Assembly (NCBI RefSeq): GCF_051097895.1
Contig: NZ_CP142525.1
Coordinates: 180,001-212,000 of the forward strand
Reading direction: 5' to 3'
DNA from: Psychrobacter sp. HD31
GTDB lineage: Bacteria; Pseudomonadota; Gammaproteobacteria; Pseudomonadales; Moraxellaceae
DNA length: 32,000 nucleotides
The number at the start of each line of letters is the position of its first letter. Position 1 is the stretch's first letter. The position numbers were made by a program, and so were the translations under genes. Shown one piece after another: positions 9,245 through 18,312 of the stretch. Under the pieces are notes generated by a model, which had not been told where the DNA came from, made no database searches, and saw only the letters and a program-made list of their open reading frames with translations.

Positions 9245-9379
9245 AATAAAAATTAATGGCTGTGAAACATTTATCTACTTATTATTTTAATGACGTGCTA
9301 AAATGGAGAGTTCAGGTCGTTAATTGACCATACCGTTTTCATAAATGCCATTATCCATTAATTTAACAGCTTTATAAAT

Positions 9380-10111
9380 ATGTTTGCTACAGCAACCGAC
9401 AAACAAATACAAGATGCAATGCAAATTTTGGCAGCTGAGCCAATTTTTGATAAATCTCAACTTTTTAAAATAACAGCAGACTTTGAGCAAATAAGCGGGC
9501 TCTTATATGCTGCTGCCCAGCAATTAAAGCTAGACTTAAATGCTCAGCAATATTGGCAGCTCCTTAAATATTTAGATACGCTGTTAATGTGGAGTAAAAC
9601 CTACAACCTAACGGCAATCACCCAACCTGTTGAAGCCTTAGTTAAACATGTCATTGACTGTTTGGCGATTATTCCTTTATTGCAAGATCTCCCTCAAGAA
9701 GATTTACTAGATATTGGTACCGGTGCAGGGTTACCTGCCGTTATTGTTGCTATTTGTGAGCCACACAGGATGTGTACGCCTTTAGACAGCAATCAAAAAA
9801 AGATTCGGTTTATTCGTCAAGTCGTAAGTGAAATTGGGCTTACTAATGTCAAGCCAACCGCAAGCAGAATACAAGCATATCAAAATAAACATACGTTAAT
9901 TACATCGCGTGCTTTTGCAAGCCTAGAAGATTTTATAGACTTAGCAGAAGAAAAACTAGCGGATACAGGCTGTCTTGTTGCTATGAAAGGGAAAGCACCG
10001 ACAAATAATGAAATGGAGCAGCTATCCAAGGACTGGTTGATTGAGGTTAAACCATTAACTGTACCTTATCTTGGCGACTCTCGTCATTTAGTTACACTCA
10101 AAAAGAGATAA
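9380..10111 (+). CDS. rsmG: 16S rRNA (guanine527-N7)-methyltransferase RsmG (GidB), with an N-terminal extension
   Basis: Motifs: W.KTYNLTAI, HVIDCL, the SAM-binding loop LLDIGTGAGLPAV, and SRAFASL. The YNLT motif sits about 37 residues later than in E. coli RsmG. The start is uncertain (ATG at 9380 or 9419). Confidence 0.85.
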   Translation: MFATATDKQIQDAMQILAAEPIFDKSQLFKITADFEQISGLLYAAAQQLKLDLNAQQYWQLLKYLDTLLMWSKTYNLTAITQPVEALVKHVIDCLAIIPLLQDLPQEDLLDIGTGAGLPAVIVAICEPHRMCTPLDSNQKKIRFIRQVVSEIGLTNVKPTASRIQAYQNKHTLITSRAFASLEDFIDLAEEKLADTGCLVAMKGKAPTNNEMEQLSKDWLIEVKPLTVPYLGDSRHLVTLKKR

Positions 10112-10232
10112 CAAAAAAGTAAACTAAAGTCACTCTTTGTGATTGAATCGTCTGCAAAAAATAGCTAATCTAGTAAAACTAGTTTGGCGAGACTGAGTGA
10201 TGTAATTTATATTAATTTTTTTAAAAATTACA

Positions 10233-11006
10233 ATGAGTAATAACATGGAAATCATAGCAGTAGCAAACCAAAAAGGTGGGGTTGGCAAAACAACAACCGC
10301 AGTTAATTTGGCTGCTAGCATACATGCAAAAAGAAAAAAAGTGCTGATGATTGACCTTGATCCACAAGGTAATGCAACGACTGGTACTGGGCTTGAAAAG
10401 TTAGCACTAGAATACACCTTGGCAGATGTGTTTATTGATGACATACCCATTAATGAGACCATTGTGCGTAGCCCAGCAGGGTTTGATGTTATTGGTGCAA
10501 ACCGAGAGCTTGCAGGCACTGATATTAGCATCATGACCATGACAAACAGTCATGCGTTATTAAAAACAGCCATGGAGTCTGTCAGTGGTTATGATTATGT
10601 CATTATTGATTGTGCGCCTAGCTTAAATTTGTTAACCGTCAATGCATTAGTAGCCACACAGGGGGTGATTATCCCAATGCAATGTGAATACTATGCGCTC
10701 GAAGGTTTGGCAGATTTATCACAAACGATAGAAAGGTTAAGTGAGCTTAATCCTGACTTATATATACGTGGTGTTGTACGTACGTTGTATGATGGGCGAA
10801 ACACCTTAACAAGAGATGTGTCTGCAGAACTTGAAGCACACTTTGGTGAGTTAATGTACAAAACGATTATTCCAAGAAATATTCGTTTAGCAGAAGCGCC
10901 TGCACATGGTATGCCAGTGCTTGCCTTTGAAAAAAACTCAAAAGGGGCAAAAGCTTATCGTAAACTTGCAACAGAAGTTGTTAAGCAAAGTAGAAGTGCT
11001 CAGTAA
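10233..11006 (+). CDS. parA: Chromosome partitioning ATPase ParA (Soj)
   Basis: It has the deviant Walker A motif NQKGGVGKTTTAVNLA, plus DLDPQGNAT and IIDCAPSLN. An alternative start at ATG 10245 (MEIIAV...) would give the canonical N-terminus. Confidence 0.92.
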   Translation: MSNNMEIIAVANQKGGVGKTTTAVNLAASIHAKRKKVLMIDLDPQGNATTGTGLEKLALEYTLADVFIDDIPINETIVRSPAGFDVIGANRELAGTDISIMTMTNSHALLKTAMESVSGYDYVIIDCAPSLNLLTVNALVATQGVIIPMQCEYYALEGLADLSQTIERLSELNPDLYIRGVVRTLYDGRNTLTRDVSAELEAHFGELMYKTIIPRNIRLAEAPAHGMPVLAFEKNSKGAKAYRKLATEVVKQSRSAQ

Positions 11007-11068
11007 ACGTTAATAATTTTAAATGAATGTCGTATGTTTAGTACAAATGGTTTAGAGGTTAAGTAAAA

Positions 11069-12118
11069 ATGGCAAAAAAGCGTGGGTTGGCAAAAGGTCG
11101 AGGCTTGGATGCTTTGCTCGGCTCAATTAAAAAAGAAAAACAGATTGTGGAGTCAACACAAGTCGATGTTGGGTCTAGTAAAACTGTGCCTGTAGAAACG
11201 CCAGTAAATAGTGCAAATAGCACAAAAACGTCTGGACGTAAACTAACCAATACTTCTAAATCTACAAAAATAGTGGCGGAAGTCAACACCAATCCAGCGG
11301 ATGATAATATTAGTTTAATTAGCATTGAGGTAACTCGTCTTCAATCTGGTAAATATCAACCACGTCGTGATATGAATGAAGCTGCATTAGCTGAGTTATC
11401 TAGTTCTATTAGCCAACATGGGGTGATGCAGCCGATTGTGATTCGTCCATTATTAGCAGGCGAAAACAAAGAAAGTCCAACAGTGACGCATGAAATCATT
11501 GCTGGTGAAAGGCGCTGGCGTGCAGCAAAAATGGCAGGCGAAAAAGTAATTCCTGCCATTGAAAGAGCGTTGTCTGATGAATTGGCGATTGCGTTGGCGT
11601 TGATTGAAAATATTCAACGTGAAGATTTATCGGTGATTGAACAAGCTGCGGCATTGCAACGTTTTCATACCGAGTTTGGTATGAGCCATGCCATGATTGC
11701 TGATGTGGTTGGCAAAGCAAGAACAACGGTTTCAAATTTACTGCGTTTAAATGCGTTGCATGATACGGTAAAAGACTATTTAGCAAATGGGCTGCTGGAT
11801 ATGGGGCATGCTCGTGCGTTATTGCCGTTATCATCAGGGCAACAGCCAGTGGTTGCTAAAAAGATTATTGATCAAAAAATGACAGTACGAGATGCTGAAA
11901 AGTTGGTTAAATCTATTTTAAATCCAGCCCCTAAAAAAACCAAAAGAGATTTAGCAGATGCAAGAGAGTTAGAGAAAATTAACCAGCAGCTATCTGATAA
12001 ATTTGGTGCAAAAGTAAAACTTAAGCAAAAAAAGAGTGGCAAAGGTAGTGTGGAAATTTTCTTCCATGATCAAGATGAACTTGCTTCTTTATTAGAACAG
12101 TTGCAACACTCAAAATAA
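11069..12118 (+). CDS. parB: Chromosome partitioning protein ParB (Spo0J)
   Basis: The N-terminal ParA-interaction peptide is GLAKGRGLDALLG. ParB box motifs are YQPRRDM and IIAGERRWRAAKMAG. The HTH is FGMSHAMIADVVGKARTTVSNLLRL. Confidence 0.92.
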   Translation: MAKKRGLAKGRGLDALLGSIKKEKQIVESTQVDVGSSKTVPVETPVNSANSTKTSGRKLTNTSKSTKIVAEVNTNPADDNISLISIEVTRLQSGKYQPRRDMNEAALAELSSSISQHGVMQPIVIRPLLAGENKESPTVTHEIIAGERRWRAAKMAGEKVIPAIERALSDELAIALALIENIQREDLSVIEQAAALQRFHTEFGMSHAMIADVVGKARTTVSNLLRLNALHDTVKDYLANGLLDMGHARALLPLSSGQQPVVAKKIIDQKMTVRDAEKLVKSILNPAPKKTKRDLADARELEKINQQLSDKFGAKVKLKQKKSGKGSVEIFFHDQDELASLLEQLQHSK

Positions 12119-12154
12119 TTATAACGTTAAGTTGTTAAGCGTGTTGTTAGTAAA

Positions 12155-12178
12155 AGCTGGTGTTAACCAGTTTTTTTT
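12155..12178 (+). terminator. Weak candidate terminator after parB
   Basis: A short stem, CTGGT-gtta-ACCAG, is followed by a T8 run (12171-12178). The stem is only 5-6 bp. Confidence 0.4.
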
Positions 12179-12425
12179 GTTTAGGTGTTTATATTATAGA
12201 TTTATTTAAACAGTGAAATAGCGACTAAATCTGCCTAATAACTAATAAATAGAGTCAAAACTTGTATTGTGTGATGGTGCAAACGTACTTTAAAGTGCAG
12301 ATATCATAATTTTGATCGATTTACTTGCTACACTTTTATAATTCTTTGACTATAGTAGATAAGCAGTGCGTGTACAATCATGTTAAAATGCAACATTAAT
12401 TTATAAATTTAATATTCTTTTTTAT

Positions 12426-14192
12426 ATGGCCGATAATCAAATTAATCTAACGACTCCACAAAAATCAGTCACAAAATTTCAAACTTTTTTGCGATTAATG
12501 GGCTACATAAAGCCATATTGGTGGGCAATTTTATTAGCACTTGTTGGCTTTATGTTAAGCTCTTCAACGCAGGTTGCGACAGCTAAGTTGTTAGAAGAAG
12601 TCATTGATGCAATTAGTACGGGTGACCAATCTAAAAAAAATATTTTACCGCTTTTAGTTATTGTTTTTTTTGTTGTCCGTGGTATTGGTTCCTTTTTAGG
12701 AGGCTATTTTACAGCGCTTATCTCTCGCAATCTGGTTTATAAGTTACGTATTGCGGTGTTTGATAAGTTGCTTAAGCTACCAAGCAGCTTTTATTTGCAA
12801 AACTCAGCGGGGACTATCTCTTCAAAGTTGATTTTTGATGTAGAACAAGTGACCTCGGCAAGTACTGATTCGTTAAAAACACTCATTAAAGATGGCTTAA
12901 CAGTTATTGCCTTATTAGGCTATTTATTATATTTAAATTGGAAGCTTTCTTTACTGTTATTTTTGGTTTTACCACCCATTTTTTTGCTTGTGCGTTATGC
13001 TTCTAATCGTTTTGCCAAACTATCAAAAGGTATCCAAGAGTCGATGGGCGATGTTAGCCATATCAGTAATGAGGTGATTACCGGTTATCAAGTGGTTAAA
13101 AATTATGGTGGTCAAAGTTATGAGTTAAATCGTTTTAATAAGGTGTCACTAAGTAACTTACAACAAGGCCTAAAAATTGTGGTTACAAGTAGCATTAACT
13201 CGCCATTGATTCAATTACTATTAAGCTTTGGGCTATGCGCTGTTATGTGGATTGCTTTTCGTCCAGAAGTCATGAGCAATACAACAGCGGGGGAGTTTGT
13301 TTCTTATTTAGTGGCGGCAGGTTTGTTAAGTAGCCCTGTGCAAGCACTTACTAATGTTAATCAAAAGTTGCAAAAAGGTATTGCTGGTGCAGAGTCAATC
13401 TTTGCACTCTTAGATGAAGATGAAGAAGTTGATACTGGAAAGCAGGCGAAAGATATACAAGGTAATATTAGCTTTAATGATGTTGGGTTAACTTATGATG
13501 ATGGTACTCAGGCAATTACGAACTTTAGTTTAGATATTAAAGCAGGCGAAACCATTGCCGTTGTAGGAAGAAGTGGTGCTGGCAAAACTTCTTTAGTGAA
13601 TCTACTAACTCGCACATTAGACCACACATCGGGCAATATCTATATTGATGATGTTAATATAAAAGAGTTTAGCTTATCTGGCTTGCGGACACAGATTGCC
13701 ATGGTAAATCAACAAGTAACCTTGTTTAAAGACAGTGTTCGTAACAATATTGCTTATGGCACACTGCATGATAAAAGCTTTACTGAGGTTGAGCAGGCTG
13801 CAAAAGCCGCTTTTGCTTATGATTTTATTCAAAAATTGCCAAATGGTTTTGACACCGTATTAGGATCAGATGGCTTGCAATTATCTGGAGGGCAACGCCA
13901 ACGTTTATCAATTGCCCGCGCGTTACTTAAAGATGCCCCAATTTTGATTTTAGATGAGGCAACCAGTGCGCTTGATAACGAGTCAGAATATTATATCCAA
14001 CAAGCATTAGAAAACATCATGAAAGACCGAACGACATTGGTTATTGCACACCGACTAACCACCATTGAATCAGCTGATAGAATTGTTGTTATGGATGCTG
14101 GTCAAATGATTGAAGTGGGTAGCCATGCAGAGCTGATACAAAAGAAAGGTGTTTATGCACAAATGTATGAGCGTAGTTTTGACGACGATTGA
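12426..14192 (+). CDS. msbA: Lipid A export ABC transporter (fused permease/ATPase) MsbA
   Basis: An N-terminal six-TM exporter domain is followed by an NBD. The NBD has Walker A GRSGAGKTS, signature LSGGQRQR and Walker B ILILDEATSALD. It lies directly upstream of lpxK, as in the conserved msbA-lpxK arrangement. Confidence 0.9.
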   Translation: MADNQINLTTPQKSVTKFQTFLRLMGYIKPYWWAILLALVGFMLSSSTQVATAKLLEEVIDAISTGDQSKKNILPLLVIVFFVVRGIGSFLGGYFTALISRNLVYKLRIAVFDKLLKLPSSFYLQNSAGTISSKLIFDVEQVTSASTDSLKTLIKDGLTVIALLGYLLYLNWKLSLLLFLVLPPIFLLVRYASNRFAKLSKGIQESMGDVSHISNEVITGYQVVKNYGGQSYELNRFNKVSLSNLQQGLKIVVTSSINSPLIQLLLSFGLCAVMWIAFRPEVMSNTTAGEFVSYLVAAGLLSSPVQALTNVNQKLQKGIAGAESIFALLDEDEEVDTGKQAKDIQGNISFNDVGLTYDDGTQAITNFSLDIKAGETIAVVGRSGAGKTSLVNLLTRTLDHTSGNIYIDDVNIKEFSLSGLRTQIAMVNQQVTLFKDSVRNNIAYGTLHDKSFTEVEQAAKAAFAYDFIQKLPNGFDTVLGSDGLQLSGGQRQRLSIARALLKDAPILILDEATSALDNESEYYIQQALENIMKDRTTLVIAHRLTTIESADRIVVMDAGQMIEVGSHAELIQKKGVYAQMYERSFDDD

Positions 14193-14204
14193 TGAGTAAC
14201 CACA

Positions 14205-15293
14205 ATGTCCTTAGAAACCAGCATAACCCGAGCATGGCAAAAAAAAGCAAAGTGGCTTTATCTATTTCTTCCACTATCTTGGCTTTATAGTGCGGTTAGT
14301 AGCATTCGAAGAATGTTCTACAAACAAGGAGTCTTATCAAGCTATCGTGCGCCTGTTCCTGTTATGGTTATCGGTAATATTACGGTTGGTGGCAGTGGTA
14401 AAACGCCATTAATTATTAGTTTAGTTAAGCATTTACAAAGACGCGGCATAACCGTGGGTGTTATTAGCCGTGGCTATGGGGGTGATAGCAAACAAATGCC
14501 AGCAATCGTAACATTAGATAGCACGCCTAATGTTGTTGGTGATGAGCCTTGTTTAATTGTTCAGTCCACTTTGTTTTATGGTAAAAAAAGAGACGCACGC
14601 CCTGTTGATATGGCAGTTTGTCCTAATCGTCAGCAGGCGATAGAGTTGTTACTAAAGCACAACCCAGATATTGAATTTATCATTGCGGATGATGGCTTAC
14701 AACACTATAAATTACAACGTGATATTGAATGGATTGTGGTAGATAGCCACCGTGGATTTGGTAATGAAAAGGTGCTGCCAGTTGGCTTTTTGCGAGAACC
14801 ATTAAACCGACTAGATGGGGCAACGATTATTTATCATCAAACAGAACAATCTGATGATGAACAACCATTAACCATGCGTTTGAAGCCTGCACAACTTGAG
14901 CCTCTACTAACTGGTTTAACCGATTATCAAAAACCACAAGACGAGGATACGGTGATAGCAATCAGTGGTATTGGCTATCCAACTCGTTTTTTCAACACAT
15001 TAAAAGCGCTTGGGTTTTCAACTATTGAATGTCCATATCCAGATCATCACGATTTTACTTTTGATGATTTGTTGCAATTTATTGAGCAGCCATATCCAAT
15101 TATTACGACTAGCAAAGATGCGGTAAAGCTGTGGCAACTTGCTGATAAAGATTTAAAAGGGTTTAGTGACGCGGAAGTTGATCAGCTAGCTAAGTTGTTT
15201 ACCCGAATTTGGGTGCTGCCTGTAAGTGCTGAATTAAGCCTGGCCTGTTATGACGCATTAGATAAAGAACTAAAAGCACATAACATTTTGTAG
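14205..15293 (+). CDS. lpxK: Tetraacyldisaccharide 4'-kinase
   Basis: It has the P-loop [14 protein letters not shown], plus SRGYGG and ADDGLQH. Confidence 0.93.
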   Translation: MSLETSITRAWQKKAKWLYLFLPLSWLYSAVSSIRRMFYKQGVLSSYRAPVPVMVIGNITVGGSGKTPLIISLVKHLQRRGITVGVISRGYGGDSKQMPAIVTLDSTPNVVGDEPCLIVQSTLFYGKKRDARPVDMAVCPNRQQAIELLLKHNPDIEFIIADDGLQHYKLQRDIEWIVVDSHRGFGNEKVLPVGFLREPLNRLDGATIIYHQTEQSDDEQPLTMRLKPAQLEPLLTGLTDYQKPQDEDTVIAISGIGYPTRFFNTLKALGFSTIECPYPDHHDFTFDDLLQFIEQPYPIITTSKDAVKLWQLADKDLKGFSDAEVDQLAKLFTRIWVLPVSAELSLACYDALDKELKAHNIL

Positions 15294-15333
15294 ATTGTCA
15301 TTTATAAGTTATATAGAAAGGGAAGAAACTATC

Positions 15334-16137
15334 ATGTTAAATCCAAAAACCCATATTGTCATCCCAGCCCGTTTTGCCAGTAGCCGTTTGCCAGGCAAGC
15401 CCTTATTAAATATTCATGGCAAACCTATGATTTTATGGGTAGCAGAAAAAGCCAGCCAAGCAACTTTTGCCGATGATTTGTGCATTGCTACGGATGATGA
15501 ACGTATTGCCGAGGTTTGTATACAGGCTGGGTTTGACGTAGTTATGACATCAAGCGAGCATGCATCTGGTACCGATAGGCTTAGTGAAGTGGTGAGTAAA
15601 AAAGGTTGGGCGGATGAAGACGTGGTAGTTAATATGCAAGGTGATGAGCCACTTGTTCCAGCCAGTTTGTTAGAGCAAACTAAAGATTTGCTACTTGCTG
15701 ATACTGGAGCCGTGATGGCAACTTTATGCGAGCCAATTATTTCACACGATGAGTTTGTTCGTCCTTCTGTTGTTAAAGTTGTGTCTGATAATAATAAGCG
15801 CGCATTGTATTTTAGCCGTGCGCCTATTCCATGTGATCGTGACCATGCAATGGCTTTAAATAGTCGAGATAATATTACCGATGATAACTTAACAACGCCT
15901 GCTAATGCCTATCGTCATCTTGGTTTGTATGCCTATCGTGTAAAACTGCTTAAAGAGTTTGTGACTTGGGAACAAGGCACGTTAGAGCAACTTGAATGCC
16001 TAGAGCAATTGAGAGTGTTAGAAAATGGGCATGCCATTAGTATTGATGTTGCGACAGTGAACCTACCAGCAGGTGTAGATACTCAAGAAGACTTGGATAG
16101 ACTCAATGCGATGTCTGTTTCTGAGTTTATGAAATAG
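15334..16137 (+). CDS. kdsB: 3-deoxy-manno-octulosonate cytidylyltransferase (CMP-Kdo synthetase)
   Basis: Motifs: [30 protein letters not shown] and HLGLYAYR. The track start at 15295 is a TTG. The ATG at 15334 has an AAGGGAAG Shine-Dalgarno and gives the canonical N-terminus. Confidence 0.93.
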   Translation: MLNPKTHIVIPARFASSRLPGKPLLNIHGKPMILWVAEKASQATFADDLCIATDDERIAEVCIQAGFDVVMTSSEHASGTDRLSEVVSKKGWADEDVVVNMQGDEPLVPASLLEQTKDLLLADTGAVMATLCEPIISHDEFVRPSVVKVVSDNNKRALYFSRAPIPCDRDHAMALNSRDNITDDNLTTPANAYRHLGLYAYRVKLLKEFVTWEQGTLEQLECLEQLRVLENGHAISIDVATVNLPAGVDTQEDLDRLNAMSVSEFMK

Positions 16138-16175
16138 CGATATTTGCATACAATCACTTGAAACGAGTAGATACG

Positions 16176-17300
16176 ATGAACGAAAAAGCCTATTTTGCAC
16201 CCTTATTACCATGGCAACAGTCATTGTGGCAGCGTATGACAAATGCTGCTTTACAGCAAGATGGCAAGCTTGCGCATGCTTTATTGGCAAGTGGTGTGGA
16301 AGGCATTGGTAAAAGAGCCTTTGTTTGGCGCTGGGTAGCTTGGCAACTTTGTGATAATAAGCAAAATAATAGTGATGGTGCTTGCGGAGAGTGTGAAAGC
16401 TGCCAATGGCTAAAAGCTGGTACACATCCAGATTTGGCTGTTTTACCTATAAGTAGTCTATTAAAGAGTGCTGAAAGTGATAAAGCGGTTGAAACAGTTA
16501 GAAAAACAAATAGCAAAAAAAGCAGTAAAAAAAATGAGGCAGAAAAACAAGTCAAACCGCGCATAAAAATTGATGACGTACGTAGCATTCAAGACTTTGT
16601 GCATCAAGGCAGTAGTAACTTGCGTATTTGTGTGTTTGATTATGCTGAAACTATGACAATTGCTGCGGCAAATGCGTTATTAAAGACATTAGAAGAACCA
16701 AAATCAGGGGTTCAATTAATCTTAATTAGCGATAAACCAGATATGCTATTGCCAACGATTAAAAGCAGGGTGCAACAGCTGGCGTTAACAGAAATTAATC
16801 AATCTCATGCTATAGACTATGTTAAACAGCGTTTAACACAAAGCGGACATAAAGATGCTGAGTCAATGACTAAAGTCTCTTATGATGATGAAAAAATTAA
16901 GCAGCTGTTAATAATTAGTGCTAATGCCCCTTTAAAAGCGGTTAGTATGGCACAATCAAAATGGTATGGTATGCGTGAGTTATGGCTTACTACATGGCAA
17001 GCATTGCGTAGTCATAGTCGGACACCGGTTATAGCAAGTGATTATTGGCAAAGCCAGTTGTCTATTAATGAATTTATAGAGCTTAGCCAAGTGATGCTAG
17101 CAGATGTACAACGATTAGTTTTTGATTTGCCTGCTTATCAACAAGATATTGATTATTCCTCCATATTACAAAGCTTACCTGAGATGCAGAGGTGCATTGA
17201 TTTGTGTGAGTATATTCAAACTGCAATTCAGTCTTTGACACAAAACATCCAAGAAAAACTGATTTATGATGACATGATGCAAAGGTTACGTAATTTATAG
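16176..17300 (+). CDS. holB: DNA polymerase III delta-prime subunit
   Basis: It has the AAA+ clamp-loader fold. Features are the degenerate P-loop GVEGIGKRAF, the zinc module CGECESCQW..GTHPD, and the sensor region AAANALLKTLEEP. The track start at 16158 is a TTG, and the ATG at 16176 is more likely. Confidence 0.82.
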   Translation: MNEKAYFAPLLPWQQSLWQRMTNAALQQDGKLAHALLASGVEGIGKRAFVWRWVAWQLCDNKQNNSDGACGECESCQWLKAGTHPDLAVLPISSLLKSAESDKAVETVRKTNSKKSSKKNEAEKQVKPRIKIDDVRSIQDFVHQGSSNLRICVFDYAETMTIAAANALLKTLEEPKSGVQLILISDKPDMLLPTIKSRVQQLALTEINQSHAIDYVKQRLTQSGHKDAESMTKVSYDDEKIKQLLIISANAPLKAVSMAQSKWYGMRELWLTTWQALRSHSRTPVIASDYWQSQLSINEFIELSQVMLADVQRLVFDLPAYQQDIDYSSILQSLPEMQRCIDLCEYIQTAIQSLTQNIQEKLIYDDMMQRLRNL

Positions 17301-17351
17301 TGTGTTTTTATCACTTTTTCTTTTATCTAAAAATCCTACCATACCCCAGCA

Positions 17352-18152
17352 TCATTTTTGTAAATAGGTTAGTAAGTCGTTGGGATAGTCGGTAATAATG
17401 GTATTCACTCCCATATTTATTAGATTCTTTGCTCTTTTAAAATCATTGACTGTCCAAGCGGTTATTTGCAAATTGTAACGCTTGCAAAGAGTAACTACTT
17501 CTTGGTTAATTAACTTTTCTTGTAACCCAATTTGATAACAGCACTGTTGAACGGCGGTTTGTATCAGTTGAAGCTGATTTCCTTTTTCTTCTGACAATAT
17601 TCCTCGTGGGTAGTGAGCTAATATTTTATGATGTTTCAATAAGTATAAAAGCTGCTTATCAAAGCTGGTTAAGACAAATGGTAAGTCTTTAAATGGTTGT
17701 TTTGTTAAACAACAGGCCAAAGTTTCTATCAATGCTTTATGGTTTGTTCGATTATGTGTTTTTATTTCTAATTCAATGTGCTGGTAATTTGATAAAAAAG
17801 GTAACAGCTCTTCTAAAAGTATTAAAGTGCTTGGCAATGAGTTTGGTTGATATGGATTTATAAAACTTGGTAAGTATTGGTGATTAACTGTAAAAATATG
17901 TTTGGCTTGCTTGGCTGTTATTTGCTCAATTCTTACTTGTGTGTTTGCAATGCGATTAAAGCTGTCATCATGGGCAATCAATAAATGATTGTCAGCAGTG
18001 AGCTGGATATCAAATTCAATACCAGCCATACCCGTTATTTTTGAGCAATAGTTAAAACCAGATAAGGTGTTTTCAGGGCGCTCTCCCTTTGCGCCACGAT
18101 GTCCTAAAATTTTTATGTCGTTTTGGTGTTGTACATCAAATGGCTGACTCAT
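17352..18152 (-). CDS. Glycerophosphodiester phosphodiesterase family protein
   Basis: GDPD motifs are present: ILGHRGAKGERPENTLSGF and EFDIQLTADNHLLIAHDD. The C-terminus has AWTVND....G..TIITDYP. It is convergent with holB. Confidence 0.82.
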   Translation of the reverse strand: MSQPFDVQHQNDIKILGHRGAKGERPENTLSGFNYCSKITGMAGIEFDIQLTADNHLLIAHDDSFNRIANTQVRIEQITAKQAKHIFTVNHQYLPSFINPYQPNSLPSTLILLEELLPFLSNYQHIELEIKTHNRTNHKALIETLACCLTKQPFKDLPFVLTSFDKQLLYLLKHHKILAHYPRGILSEEKGNQLQLIQTAVQQCCYQIGLQEKLINQEVVTLCKRYNLQITAWTVNDFKRAKNLINMGVNTIITDYPNDLLTYLQK

Positions 18153-18224
18153 AACTTCTACTCTTTTAGCTCATTAAACAATTTAAGCATATGTTTTTGT
18201 TTTGTTAATTTTATAACAAAAAAG

Positions 18225-18253
18225 CTGATACCGCTTAATAAACACAGTATAAT
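18225..18253 (+). promoter_or_regulatory. Candidate sigma70 promoter for the repeat-lipoprotein gene
   Basis: The -35 CTGATA (18225-18230), a 17-nt spacer, and the perfect -10 TATAAT (18248-18253) lie about 60 nt upstream of the ATG at 18313. That ATG has an AAGAGG Shine-Dalgarno. Confidence 0.35.
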
Positions 18254-18312
18254 GAGGTTGTATTGTAACTTTGTGATTTTTTGTTTTCAGTAAATAATAT
18301 GAAGAGGTTTTT

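Noticed and set aside
9262-9269. GTGAAACA, a parS half-site upstream of rsmG.
   Set aside because: The adjacent 8 nt (TAATGGCT) do not resemble the other half (TGTTTCAC). It is only a half-site.
10130-10540. A 136-aa minus-strand ORF overlapping parA. Similar shadow ORFs overlap parB, holB, guaB, glmM, pdxH, dapE, thiP and thiB.
   Set aside because: All overlap well-supported conserved genes on the opposite strand or in another frame. None has recognisable motifs or translation signals.
17352-18152. A possible AT-rich island at the GDPD phosphodiesterase gene (about 32-33% GC on two hand-counted lines).
   Set aside because: Neighbouring core genes such as holB also contain lines below 30% GC. 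My sampling is too coarse to call it compositionally atypical, and a computed sliding-window GC is needed.
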